From assembly GCA_963716745.1 (NCBI GenBank), contig OY970320.1, positions 1,152,001-1,216,000 of the forward strand: a stretch of 64,000 nucleotides of DNA. The letters run 5' to 3'. Positions 45,443-54,983 of this stretch are shown piece after piece; the first letter of the stretch is position 1, and each line of letters opens with the position of its first letter. The position numbers and the translations under genes were made by a program. The notes under the pieces are model-generated. The model was not told the origin of the DNA, did no database searches, and saw only the letters and a program-made list of their open reading frames with translations. This stretch comes from an uncultured Gemmatimonadaceae bacterium (GTDB taxonomy: Bacteria; Gemmatimonadota; Gemmatimonadetes; Gemmatimonadales; Gemmatimonadaceae).

Positions 45443-47410
45443 ATGCTCTTCCTCGCGTTCCTCCTCGCCGCGGCCCAGGCGCCGCCGATCGTTCCCATCG
45501 CGAAGCTCTTCGGCAACGCCGCGGTCTGGGAAGTGCGCGTTTCGCCCGCGGGCGATCGCATTGCCTATCTCAAAGCGGTGCGCGGGAAGATGAACATCTA
45601 CGTGCGCCCGCTCGCGGGCGGCCCCGACCGCGCGGTCACGCACGATACGGCCGGCGGCATCAATGAATACCGCTGGAGCGCCGACGGCCATCGCCTCATC
45701 TATCTCAAGGACAACGGCGGCGACGAAGGCTATCACCTCTTCGCCGTCGACGCCGACGCTCCCGCCACGCCGCGCGACCTCACGCCCTACCCGCAGATCG
45801 TGACGGAGCTGCTCGCGCTGCCCGCGGCCACGCCGGGCGTCGCGATCGTCACGCTCAACAAGCGCAACCCGCAGCTCGCCGACGCATACCGCCTGGACCT
45901 CGCGACCGGCGCGCTCACCATGGCGGCGCAGAATCCCGGCACCTTCCTCGGCTATCTCGCCGACGGCGCCAACCAGGTGCGCGCCGCGTACTCGGTGGAC
46001 ACCCTCGGCCAGTACCATCTCTGGACGCGCGCGACCGAACGCAATGCGTGGCACGATCTGCAGACGTTCCCGGTGGAGGACAAGGTCACGCCGCTGCGCT
46101 TCCATCCCGACGGGCATCGCATCTACATGCTGAGCAACCACGGCTCCGACCTCATGCGCCTCGTGCTCAAGGATGTCGTGACCGGCGCGGAGCTCGAGAT
46201 CGACCAGGATCCGTTGGGCGAGGCCGACATCGACGCCGCCATCTTCGACCCGGCCAATGGGGAACTGCTCGCCACGCGGTACATCGGCGACACCGTGCGC
46301 TGGTATCCGAAGACGATCGCGACGTGGCGGCTCGTGGCCGCCGCGCGGCTCACTGGGCGCAGCCTGTCCGAGATCGGCGACGGGTCGCGCAACGGCGCGA
46401 AGTGGACGTTCCGCGTCGAGTCGCCCACCGATCCCGGCGCGATCTTCAGCTTCAATGCGAAGAGCGGCCGCGCGCAGGTGCTATTCGAGCTCTTCCCCGA
46501 CCTCAAGGGAACGGCATTCGCGCGCACCGTGCCGGTCAAGTTCAACAGCCGCGACGGGCTCACGCTCCACGGTTATCTCACGCTCCCGCCCGGTCTCGAG
46601 CCGCGCGCGCTGCCGCTGCTCGTCGATGTGCACGGTGGCCCATGGAGCCGCGATGCGCCCGGCTTCGACCCCGAGACGCAGCTGCACGCGAATCGCGGGT
46701 ACGCGGTGCTGCAGGTGAACTACCGCGGGTCCACCGGCTTCGGGAAGAAGTTCGCGCGCGCGGCGCGCCACGAATTCGGCCGCGCGATGCTGAACGATCT
46801 GCTGGACGGTGCGCACTGGACCGTCGTGGCCGGCACGGTGGACCCCAAACGCATCGCGATCACCGGCGGCTCGTATGGCGGCTACGCCGCGCTCGCCGGC
46901 ATCACGTTCGCGCCGGACGCGTTCGTCTGCGCCGCGGAATTCGCGGGGCCAAGCGATCTCATTACCCTCATGGAGTCGTTCCCGCCGTCGTGGGCGCCCT
47001 TCCTGCCGCGCCTTTGGTATCCGATGGCGGGCGATCCGCACCACGCGGACGACAGCGCGATGCTCGTCTCGCGATCGCCGATCCATCACGTGGACTCGGC
47101 GCGCGTGCCACTGCTCATCTTCCAGGGCGTGAACGACCCCCGCGTGACGCAGACGCAGTCCGACCGCATCGCGCTCGCCCTGCATGCGCGCGGCGTCCCG
47201 GTCACGTACCTGCTCGCGTCCAACACCGGCCACAACTTCGGCGACGCCGCGACGTCGCTCGCCGTGAATCGCGCGACGGAGATCTTCTTCGCCCAATGCC
47301 TCGGCGGCCGAGTCGAGGCCGGAGTTGACAGTGCGATCACGAACACGATCGCGATGCTCACCGTGAATCTCGACTCACTCGCGAGCAATAAGGGCGCGTC
47401 TAGGCCTTAG
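45443..47410 (+). CDS. S9 family peptidase (acylaminoacyl/dipeptidyl-type)
   Basis: VHGGPW, QVNYRGSTGFG, GGSYGG, GVNDPRV, GHNF. Confidence 0.92.
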   Translation: MLFLAFLLAAAQAPPIVPIAKLFGNAAVWEVRVSPAGDRIAYLKAVRGKMNIYVRPLAGGPDRAVTHDTAGGINEYRWSADGHRLIYLKDNGGDEGYHLFAVDADAPATPRDLTPYPQIVTELLALPAATPGVAIVTLNKRNPQLADAYRLDLATGALTMAAQNPGTFLGYLADGANQVRAAYSVDTLGQYHLWTRATERNAWHDLQTFPVEDKVTPLRFHPDGHRIYMLSNHGSDLMRLVLKDVVTGAELEIDQDPLGEADIDAAIFDPANGELLATRYIGDTVRWYPKTIATWRLVAAARLTGRSLSEIGDGSRNGAKWTFRVESPTDPGAIFSFNAKSGRAQVLFELFPDLKGTAFARTVPVKFNSRDGLTLHGYLTLPPGLEPRALPLLVDVHGGPWSRDAPGFDPETQLHANRGYAVLQVNYRGSTGFGKKFARAARHEFGRAMLNDLLDGAHWTVVAGTVDPKRIAITGGSYGGYAALAGITFAPDAFVCAAEFAGPSDLITLMESFPPSWAPFLPRLWYPMAGDPHHADDSAMLVSRSPIHHVDSARVPLLIFQGVNDPRVTQTQSDRIALALHARGVPVTYLLASNTGHNFGDAATSLAVNRATEIFFAQCLGGRVEAGVDSAITNTIAMLTVNLDSLASNKGASRP

Positions 47411-47541
47411 TACCGCTGTAACGGCGCGTCTAGCAACTGAGCGTATGGTACGGCGATTCGTGATTGGGACCGCGGAAGCAGTCCCACGAACGCCGAGCCG
47501 TACCATACGCTCACTTGCTAGACGCGCTTTTTCAGTGGTAC
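47410..47541. repeat. GTACCATACGC-family palindrome, copy 2
   Basis: gcgcgtctagcaactgagcgtatggtac ... gtaccatacgctcacttgctagacgcgc. Confidence 0.9.
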
Positions 47542-47568
47542 CAGGGCCCACACGCGCCGTTCAAACGC

Positions 47569-48723
47569 TCATTGAGGATGCGCGTCCCCTCCCGACAGCG
47601 GCCGCAGTCTCACGATCATCCCTCCGTTCGATCCGATCACCCCGATGTACAGCAGTCCATCCGGTCCTTGCTGCACGGCACGCACGCGCCACGTCCTGTC
47701 TTCCATCAGCCGCTCCTCGTGGATCACGCGGTCGCCGTCCACCACGAGTCGCACGAGCCGGCCCCGCACCAGGCCGCCGACAAAGGCGCTGCTCCTCCAT
47801 CCCGGGAACGCATCGCCGGTATAGAAGATGAGCCCAGTGGGCGCGATGTCCGGCACCCAGTAGTAGATCGGTTGCACCATTCCGTTGGCGTGTGTGATCC
47901 CCTTCCCGACGAGTGTGCCGTCGTATTCGATGCCATATCCGATGACCGGCCAGCCGTAGTTCAACCCGCGCTTGATGATGTTCACTTCGTCGCCGCCGCG
48001 GGGGCCGTGCTCGTGCTCCCACAAGGCGCCGGTGAACGGGTTCACGGCGAGACCCACGGGATTGCGCACGCCGTAGGCCCAGATCTCCGGGCGCGCGCCC
48101 TTGCGTCCGACGAACGGATTGTCGCGGGGGACCGTTCCGTCCTCGTTCAGCCGGATGATCTTGCCGAGGTCGGAGGCGAGATCCTGCGCCACCGCGGGGG
48201 TATTCCGCTGGCCGACGGTGATGAATAGGTAGCCGCCGCGGAGCACGAGGCGCGAGCCGAATTCGTTGCTGTTCTTCAATCGCGGCTGCGCGACGAAGAT
48301 GGTCTGGCGGTCGACGAGGGCTGCGCCGCGCAGGTGCGCACGGATCACGACGAGCCCCATGCTCGCCGAGTCCTCGCTCGCGTAGGCGAGGTAGATCCAG
48401 CCGTTCTTGGCGAAGGCCGGGTGAACGACGACCTCGAGCAAGCCGCCATCCACTTTTCCGTGCACCGGCGGCACGCCGCTCACCACCGTCTTCGCACCCG
48501 TGTTCACGTCTACGATGCTGAGTTCGCCGGTGGGACGGTCGGCGGCGAGCATGCGCCCGTCGGGAAGGAAAGCGAAGCTCACCGGCGCGATCAGCCCGCT
48601 CACGACCACTTCGGCGATGAAGCGGGCATTCTGGCTCTCGTACGTCCAACTGCTCGCAGTGGAATCCGAAGCTTTGGATTGACCCGCGAGCGGCGCGGCG
48701 ACCAAGCAGCCCCGTGAACGCAA
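47569..48723 (-). CDS. PQQ-dependent soluble sugar dehydrogenase (YliI/Asd type); N-terminus uncertain
   Basis: GGLLEVVVHPAF, FGSRL, PRDNPF, YGVRNP, EHGPRGGDEVN, NYGWP, RVRAVQQGPDG. Confidence 0.88.
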   Translation of the reverse strand: MRSRGCLVAAPLAGQSKASDSTASSWTYESQNARFIAEVVVSGLIAPVSFAFLPDGRMLAADRPTGELSIVDVNTGAKTVVSGVPPVHGKVDGGLLEVVVHPAFAKNGWIYLAYASEDSASMGLVVIRAHLRGAALVDRQTIFVAQPRLKNSNEFGSRLVLRGGYLFITVGQRNTPAVAQDLASDLGKIIRLNEDGTVPRDNPFVGRKGARPEIWAYGVRNPVGLAVNPFTGALWEHEHGPRGGDEVNIIKRGLNYGWPVIGYGIEYDGTLVGKGITHANGMVQPIYYWVPDIAPTGLIFYTGDAFPGWRSSAFVGGLVRGRLVRLVVDGDRVIHEERLMEDRTWRVRAVQQGPDGLLYIGVIGSNGGMIVRLRPLSGGDAHPQ

Positions 48724-48795
48724 TGAATGCTTTCGATGGCCGAACTATTCACCGGACCCGAGGGCGCGTCTAGGCCCTACTAGCGAAAAACAAAC

Positions 48796-48870
48796 TTGAC
48801 AGGATCGACAGGATTGACACTGATGGAACGGCTCACGCGGCCCATCATCTCAATCCTGTCAATCCTGTCA
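48796..48870. repeat. 9-nt-unit palindrome (GACAGGATT)
   Basis: tgacaggatcgacaggattgacactgatgg ... ccatcatctcaatcctgtcaatcctgtca. Confidence 0.85.
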
Positions 48871-48901
48871 GGTAGTTCTGTTGTTGAACTGCCGAGTCAG
48901 G

Positions 48902-49447
48902 TTACGCCGCGACAGCCGCCTTCTGCCGCACCGCCTCGAACTCGAGATCGATGTCGATCGTGTCTCCCACGGCGAAGCCGCCCGCCTCGAGCAGCATGTT
49001 CCAGTGGAGCCCGAACTCCTTGCGGTCGATCTGCGTCTTGGCCGAGAAGCCGGCGCGGTCGTTGCCTTGCATATCCACGATCATCCCCTCGAGCTCGGCA
49101 TCGAGCACCACCGGGCGCGTGGTGCCGCGGATCGTGAGCTCGCCGACGACCCGGTAGCCATCGCCGTGGCGGTCGATGCGCGAGCTCCGGAAGGTCATCA
49201 CTGGGAAGTTCGCGGCATCGAAGAAATCGGGCGACTTGAGGTGCGCGTCGCGCTGCGGCTCGTTGGTGTTGATGCTGTTGACGTCGATCTCCACCTCGGC
49301 GCGGGACTGGGCCGGATCCTGTTCATTGAACTCGAACATCCCCGTCCACTTGGTGAAGTGCCCGCGCACCTTGGAGACCATCATGTGGCGGACGCTGAAC
49401 CCGATGTTCGCGTGCGCCGTGTCGAATTGCCATTGCGTGTTGGACAT
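48902..49447 (-). CDS. YceI family protein
   Basis: WQFDTAH, FSVRHMMVSKVRG, RDAHLKSPDFFD, GELTIRG. Confidence 0.93.
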   Translation of the reverse strand: MSNTQWQFDTAHANIGFSVRHMMVSKVRGHFTKWTGMFEFNEQDPAQSRAEVEIDVNSINTNEPQRDAHLKSPDFFDAANFPVMTFRSSRIDRHGDGYRVVGELTIRGTTRPVVLDAELEGMIVDMQGNDRAGFSAKTQIDRKEFGLHWNMLLEAGGFAVGDTIDIDLEFEAVRQKAAVAA

Positions 49448-49535
49448 TGGAACTATCTCCTTGTTTGAATATCTGGATATTGGAATATATCGAACAGCCG
49501 CATGCAGCCGGCCTCATCGTTGCCGTGCGTGGGGA

Positions 49536-49877
49536 TCAGCGGCGGCGCGCGCTCCGCGCCGGGGTCTTCCGCGTCCGGGCCGCCGCCCGCGGCACCGCCG
49601 GCGCCAGCCGGTCGGGCAGCGCTCCGACCAGCGCCGCCACCAGCGGCCGGTTCACGACGATCAGCCCGTGCTGGGCCTCGCGGCGCATGAGCAGCACGCC
49701 GGAATCGACGAGCAGCTTCAGGTGATGCGAGATCGTGGGCTGCGCGAGGGGGAACCGCTCCCCCAACTCCCCGCACGACAACTCCCCCGCCGCCGCCACT
49801 TCCCGCACCATCTGGAAACGCGTCGGATGGCCGATGGCCTTGAGGGCTCTCACCGCTTCGGCGTCTGTCATATTCAT
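49536..49877 (-). CDS. ArsR/SmtB family repressor
   Basis: LKAIGHPTRFQMV, ELSCGEL, AQPTISHHLKLLVDSG. Confidence 0.9.
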   Translation of the reverse strand: MNMTDAEAVRALKAIGHPTRFQMVREVAAAGELSCGELGERFPLAQPTISHHLKLLVDSGVLLMRREAQHGLIVVNRPLVAALVGALPDRLAPAVPRAAARTRKTPARSARRR

Positions 49878-49890
49878 ATATTTAAATATA
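49870..49890. promoter_or_regulatory. Putative ArsR operator over the start codon
   Basis: AT-rich imperfect palindrome atattcatatatttaaatat; similar motif at 49462-49495 before yceI. Confidence 0.6.
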
Positions 49891-49913
49891 ACGGTGGAAA
49901 AGTCAAGGGGGTC

Positions 49914-49976
49914 TCGTGCATCGTGCCTCGTGCTTCGTGCATCGCCACGGCCGTTCCGATGCACGATGCGCGATGC
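49914..49976. repeat. Heptamer-built palindrome (TCGTGCA/CGATGCA)
   Basis: tcgtgcatcgtgcctcgtgcttcgtgcatcg ... cgatgcacgatgcgcgatgc; related run at 58820-58850. Confidence 0.8.
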
Positions 49977-50027
49977 CCCTCCTTCCCCGCGCCCCCGGCC
50001 CTCCCCATACTAGACCCCCCGGAGGCC

Positions 50028-50915
50028 ATGACCATGTCCATGCACACTGAGCCACCCACCGCCGACACCCTCAAGCGCAAACCGCGCGAAGACGAGATCG
50101 ACTTCTTCGGACTCACCCACCGCGGCAGAGTCCGCAAGAACAACAACGATCACTTCCTCCTCGCCTCCCTGCACAAACGCATGGAGGTCCGCCTCACCAG
50201 CCTCCCCGGCCTCGAACAATCCCTCGTCAGCGACCAGCGGCTCGCCTTCATCGGCATGGTCGCCGATGGCGTCGGCGGCACCGAAGGCGGCGAAGAGGCC
50301 AGCCGAACCGCGCTCGCGAACGTCACCGAGTTCCTCGCCACCAGCCTCCAGGCCTACTACAGCAGCCCCGACGCGCGAGAAGAAGCCTTCCGCGGTACGC
50401 TCCAGAAGGCCGCCACCGAGTCGCACAACACCGTGCTCAAGCGCGCGCAGGAACTCTCGGACGCCCGCAAGCGCGCCACCACGCTCACGCTCTGGATGGG
50501 TGTGTGGCCCTACGCCTACGTCCTCCAGGTGGGCGACTCCCGCTACTATATCTACCGCGACGACGTACTCACCCAGGTCACGCGCGACCAGACCTACGCC
50601 GAGGATCTCGTGGATGCCGGCGCGATCAGCCGCGACCAGGCCAAGGATTCCCCGCTCAAGAACGTCCTCTCCAGCGCCATCGGCGGCAAGGAGAATCTCC
50701 CGGTGGTGACCCGCCTCACATCACACTGGGACAACATCCATCTGATGTGCAGCGACGGTCTCACGAAGCACGTGAGCGATGACCGGATCAAATCGCGCCT
50801 CCGAAGCATGGTCTCGGCGCGCGAGACGGCCGAGTTGCTGCTCCAGGACGCGCTGGACGACGGCGGAACCGACAACATCACGATCATCGTGGGCCGGGCG
50901 ATCAAGAAGGACTGA
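50028..50915 (+). CDS. PP2C-family phosphatase
   Basis: THRGRVRKNNNDH, VADGVGG, VGDSR, CSDGL, GGTDNIT; GGAGG RBS. Confidence 0.92.
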   Translation: MTMSMHTEPPTADTLKRKPREDEIDFFGLTHRGRVRKNNNDHFLLASLHKRMEVRLTSLPGLEQSLVSDQRLAFIGMVADGVGGTEGGEEASRTALANVTEFLATSLQAYYSSPDAREEAFRGTLQKAATESHNTVLKRAQELSDARKRATTLTLWMGVWPYAYVLQVGDSRYYIYRDDVLTQVTRDQTYAEDLVDAGAISRDQAKDSPLKNVLSSAIGGKENLPVVTRLTSHWDNIHLMCSDGLTKHVSDDRIKSRLRSMVSARETAELLLQDALDDGGTDNITIIVGRAIKKD

Positions 50916-51034
50916 ACTTCGGGCGACCGGCCGCGCCTACTCGCACGCGGCCGCGCGGCGCGATATAATAACCCCCCACGCAAGTTCAGCCCCTGGGAGT
51001 CGCCACAATGTCGTCCCGTTCGGGTTTGCGATCC

Positions 51035-51694
51035 ATGCGCTCCTCACGCACCGCGGCCCTGGCCATCGCCGCGCTCGCGGGCCTTGCCGGTCGTGCGGCC
51101 GCACAAGCGCCCTCGTCGCCAAGCACCGTGGTGCAGGAGTCCTTCGCCGCGCTCGCCGCGAAGAATTGGGACGCCGTCGCAGCCCTCGCGTCGCCGCAGT
51201 TCCTCGAGCAGTTCCGGGCGAAGCAACTCTTCTATGCCGAAGAGGATGAGCGTCAGAAGCTCGAGAAGAAGAAGAATCCCGAGAGCTACGGCATGCCCAA
51301 GTGCGTGCAGAAGTACTTCGAATCGCAGGAAGGCAATTTCAGCAAGCGATTCCTCGAGAATTTCTACCACGTGGACAACCTGCTGCAGCTCGAGGTGCTG
51401 ACGCCCGCGCAATTCTTTGCCGCGTGGCTCTCCGGCACCCGCAATCTCAAGCAGTCCGATGAGGCGGCCGGCCCCCGCATCGTCGTCCCGACGCGTACGA
51501 TCGTCGGCGAGCTGGTGGAAGGCGATTCGGTGGCGCACGTGCTCTACCGCCGCACCCCGAACACTCCGGGCGACTCCGATCAGGGCATCAAGATCATCAC
51601 CCTCCGGCGCTACAATGGCGTCTGGAAGACCTACCCCAACGACGACATGATCCTCGCGGGGCGCAGCTTCGCGTGGTGGTCGAACGCGAAATGA
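51035..51694 (+). CDS. Secreted hypothetical protein
   Basis: Signal peptide ending AAAQ; coding-like codon bias; ATGA coupling to purE. Confidence 0.7.
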   Translation: MRSSRTAALAIAALAGLAGRAAAQAPSSPSTVVQESFAALAAKNWDAVAALASPQFLEQFRAKQLFYAEEDERQKLEKKKNPESYGMPKCVQKYFESQEGNFSKRFLENFYHVDNLLQLEVLTPAQFFAAWLSGTRNLKQSDEAAGPRIVVPTRTIVGELVEGDSVAHVLYRRTPNTPGDSDQGIKIITLRRYNGVWKTYPNDDMILAGRSFAWWSNAK

Positions 51695-52386
51695 GCCCAC
51701 TCAAGAAGCGACCCGCCGCCAAGAAGACCGCCAAGAAGACCGCCAAGAAGAGCGCCAGGAGACCGGCGCCCAAGCGATCCGCCGCGAAGAAGACGGCGAA
51801 GCCGGCGCCCAAGAAGGCCGCCACCAAGGGCACATCCGCTCCGGCGCCCAAGCCCATCCCGCGCTCGATCCAGCCCATCCCGAAACCGTCGCGCGCGCCG
51901 GCCGCGCGGCCGGCGCCGCTCGTCGGCATCGTCATGGGCAGCCGCACGGATCTCGATACGCTCGCGTCGGCCACAGAGATGCTCGACGCGCTGCAGGTCC
52001 CGTACGAGATGCGGATCCTTTCCGCGCACCGCACGCCCGACGAGACCGCCGCCTGGGCGAAGGGCGCGGAGGCGCGCGGGCTCGAGGTGATCATCGCCGC
52101 CGCCGGCGGCGCCGCGCATCTGCCTGGCGTCATTGCCGCGCAGACGGTGTTGCCCGTCCTCGGCGTCCCCGTCGATGCGACCTCGCTCAACGGACTGGAT
52201 GCACTCCTCTCGATCGTGCAGATGCCCAAAGGCGTGCCGGTGGGCACGCTCGCGATCGGGAAGTCGGGCGCCGCCAACGCGGCGCTCCTCGCAACGGCGA
52301 TCCTCGCCTCGAAGCGGCCAGAGCTGCGAGAGAAGCTCCGCGGCTGGCGAGCGGCAAGGGTGGCGGAAGCACTCGCGCAGAACTGA
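51691..52386 (+). CDS. purE: N5-CAIR mutase PurE with Lys/Ala/Pro-rich N-terminal extension
   Basis: GIVMGS, SAHRTP, AGGAAHLPGV, GLDALLSIVQMPKGVPVGT, NAALLA. Confidence 0.93.
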   Translation: MSPLKKRPAAKKTAKKTAKKSARRPAPKRSAAKKTAKPAPKKAATKGTSAPAPKPIPRSIQPIPKPSRAPAARPAPLVGIVMGSRTDLDTLASATEMLDALQVPYEMRILSAHRTPDETAAWAKGAEARGLEVIIAAAGGAAHLPGVIAAQTVLPVLGVPVDATSLNGLDALLSIVQMPKGVPVGTLAIGKSGAANAALLATAILASKRPELREKLRGWRAARVAEALAQN

Positions 52387-52524
52387 ACCGCGAACGGCGG
52401 GGTTAGTACCGCTAACGGCGTGTGTGGCGTTGGCGTTGGGACCGGCGCGACTCCCAACGCCAACGCCACAAACGCATCCGGCGGTACCAACCCCGCCTAT
52501 CGCGGTACCAGTCCCGCCGTCAGC
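52387..52524. repeat. 21-nt-unit palindrome, copy 2
   Basis: accgcgaacggcggggttagtaccgc..ggcgttggcgttggg / cccaacgccaacgcc..ggtaccagtcccgccgtcagc. Confidence 0.85.
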
Positions 52525-53506
52525 CTTTCCTCGCCGCCGCCGCGAATCTTCGCACTATGGAACCCGCCGGCTCGATGGCGTGGATCCCATCCACCGATTT
52601 CCCCGCCTGCCAGTAATCCGCCGTTTCGCTCAATGACGACTTCTTGAGCGAATGCAATGACCTGAGCGCGTAGATCATCCGCATCCAATGCTTCCGCTTC
52701 CGCCCGCGGAGCATCCAGCGCGCGAACGGGCCGGCTCTGAGCCCCATCCGCTGGATCGTCGGCGTATCGATCACCGACACCGGCACGCCGGTGATCCGCT
52801 CCGTGAGCACGATGCGCGACGAATCGCTATCGACGATCGCCTGTTTGTACGCATCAGCCGCACGGCATTCGGGCGTCGCAATGAATCGCGTGCCCATCTG
52901 CACGCCCGCATATCCCATCTCCAGCGCCGCCACGAATTCGGGCGAATCGCCCACGCCCCCCGCGCAGATCAACGGAACCCCGAGATCGCCGAGTTCATCG
53001 ATGAGCTGCCGCGCGCTTTTCGGTCCCGCGTGGCCCCCCGCGCGATCGTTCACCGCGATCAGTCCGTGCACGCCGCCGTCGAGCCCCTTCTGCGCCCACT
53101 TCCGCTCGGTCACGTCATGGTACACTACGCCGCCGGCGCCGCGCACGGCGTCCACCACCCAACGCGGATTCCCGAGCGATGTCACGAAGAAGCGGATCCC
53201 TTCTTCCAGCGCGATGCTCACCCAGCGAACCATGCGTTCGTGATACGCGCGCGACGACTGCTCGATCAGCGCGTTCATCCCGACCGGCTTCTTCGTCAGC
53301 GACGCGATGAGCTGCAGTCCCGCGCGATACTCGTGTCCGTGCACGTACGTGAGCGAGATCGGCTGGACGATCCCGATCCCGCCGGCCTCCGACACGGCCG
53401 CGACCAGTTCCGGATTCCCGCACGGATACATCGCGCCGCCGATGAGCGGCACCTCGATGTGCGCCTGCCGCGTGAACGCGGTGTCGAGCAGCGAGACGCC
53501 GCTCAC
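52520..53506 (-). CDS. Nitronate monooxygenase-like flavin oxidoreductase
   Basis: PLIGGAM, LVAAVSEAGGIG, AGGHAG, AGGVGD, GVQMGTRF, WQAGKSV. Confidence 0.9.
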   Translation of the reverse strand: MSGVSLLDTAFTRQAHIEVPLIGGAMYPCGNPELVAAVSEAGGIGIVQPISLTYVHGHEYRAGLQLIASLTKKPVGMNALIEQSSRAYHERMVRWVSIALEEGIRFFVTSLGNPRWVVDAVRGAGGVVYHDVTERKWAQKGLDGGVHGLIAVNDRAGGHAGPKSARQLIDELGDLGVPLICAGGVGDSPEFVAALEMGYAGVQMGTRFIATPECRAADAYKQAIVDSDSSRIVLTERITGVPVSVIDTPTIQRMGLRAGPFARWMLRGRKRKHWMRMIYALRSLHSLKKSSLSETADYWQAGKSVDGIHAIEPAGSIVRRFAAAARKG

Positions 53507-53997
53507 TTCACCGCCGGCGCCGCCGGACCGATCCGCCAGCGCGCCGTGCATCGCGCGACATCCTCCCCCGCCGCGTTCCGGATCACCGCCACGAAATCGT
53601 ACTCCTGCTCCACACGCGCATCCACCGGCCCGGTCGTGCACTCCGCCGTCAGCAGCCCGCGCGCCTTCTTGAGGAATTGGATCTCGAGGCGCACTGGGAT
53701 GCCGCGCGAATCATCCGGCAATCCGAACGTGCCCGCGAGTCCCGTCGTCAACTCGCCCAGGTTCATGAGCGCGATCGCGTGGATGGACTTGAGATGGTTC
53801 CTCACGGTCCACCGGTCGCGCATCGTGGTCTTCGCATATCCTTCTCGCAATTCCACGACGCGCGCACCGATCGTGCGCGTATAAGGCGCCGTATACCCCA
53901 GCGCCTTGATGAACAACCATTTTCCGCCCGGCAGCGGACTGAGCCGGATCCACAGATCGCGCAGCCGCGCGTACGGAGAGCGCACCGGATTCGCCAT
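53503..53997 (-). CDS. Hotdog-fold thioesterase-like protein (DUF4442 type)
   Basis: APYTRTI, VRNHLKSIHAIALMNLGE, FLKKARG. Confidence 0.85.
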   Translation of the reverse strand: MANPVRSPYARLRDLWIRLSPLPGGKWLFIKALGYTAPYTRTIGARVVELREGYAKTTMRDRWTVRNHLKSIHAIALMNLGELTTGLAGTFGLPDDSRGIPVRLEIQFLKKARGLLTAECTTGPVDARVEQEYDFVAVIRNAAGEDVARCTARWRIGPAAPAVK

Positions 53998-54102
53998 GAC
54001 GAACGCTATGAGTGAGTCGTACCATACGCCAGACGCCACACACGCCTCTGCGTTCCCGGTCTTGCCCTCGCGTTGAACGCCGAATAACTCTTTCTCACCT
54101 TC

Positions 54103-54981
54103 ATGGCCGACGAACCAGCGCTCTCCGCCCCTCCCGCTCCTCCCGCGCCGGCGGGGGAAGCGCCGCGCCCGGCGAAGCCCCGATCTGCGGGCCTCTGGAT
54201 CGGCGCCTGCTACAATCCCCACATCGGCCGCGAGCTGCTCGCCGCCGCCGAGCTGTTCGATCATCTCGTCATCACCGAGCCGCCGCGTCAGAGCGACCCG
54301 CATTTCCCCGCCCTTCGCGAACGGCTGGCGCTGCCGGTGCACGATTTCCACGGACAACTCTCCGATCCGGTGGACGAGCGATCCACCGAGGTGCTCAAAC
54401 AGCTCGCCGCCATCTGCAACGCACCCTGGGTCACGGAACGCGTGCAATGCCTTCGCACGCTCGACGGAAAATACGACCTCGACTCGGTCTTTCCGCCGCT
54501 GTACACCGAAGAGATGCGCGAACGCTATTCCGCCAACGCGCTCGCCCTCGCCACTGCGCTCGGCCGGCCGCTGCTCATCGAGAACGTGCCGTCCGCGTTC
54601 ACGCTGCCCGGCTCCTCAATGAGCGAAGGGCGGTTCGTCACACGCCTTCTCGAGACGAGCCCCGGCGCGCTGCTCCTGAACCTCTCGCACATCTGGGTGA
54701 GCGCCGAGCTGCGCAACGCCGACCCGTACGGCCTGATGCACGAGTATCCGCTCGAGCGCGTGTGGGTGATCCACACGGGCGGCATGGTGGAGGATCCCGA
54801 CCTCGAGGGGCCGTGGATGGCTCCCGTGGCGCCGAGCGATGAGATGATGGAGTTCACGCAGTACGCGGTGGATTGCTGCCGCGGCGTGCGCGCCGTGACG
54901 TACGACGCCGCGAGTCCCGCGCTCGAGGCGCGGCTGGTGATCGGCGCCGTCACGCAGCTCCGCGAACGGCTGGCGCGCTGA
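54103..54981 (+). CDS. DUF692 / multinuclear non-heme iron enzyme (MNIO)-like protein, divergent
   Basis: PVH, APWVTER, FPPLYTEE, LGRPLLIENVP, MSEGRF, LLLNLSH, PLERVWVIHTGG follow the order of DUF692 motifs. Confidence 0.78.
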   Translation: MADEPALSAPPAPPAPAGEAPRPAKPRSAGLWIGACYNPHIGRELLAAAELFDHLVITEPPRQSDPHFPALRERLALPVHDFHGQLSDPVDERSTEVLKQLAAICNAPWVTERVQCLRTLDGKYDLDSVFPPLYTEEMRERYSANALALATALGRPLLIENVPSAFTLPGSSMSEGRFVTRLLETSPGALLLNLSHIWVSAELRNADPYGLMHEYPLERVWVIHTGGMVEDPDLEGPWMAPVAPSDEMMEFTQYAVDCCRGVRAVTYDAASPALEARLVIGAVTQLRERLAR

Positions 54982-54983
54982 CC

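Noticed and set aside
49176..50027. Long N-terminal extension of the PP2C ORF
   Set aside because: Overlaps yceI and arsR on the opposite strand; a good RBS supports the start at 50028
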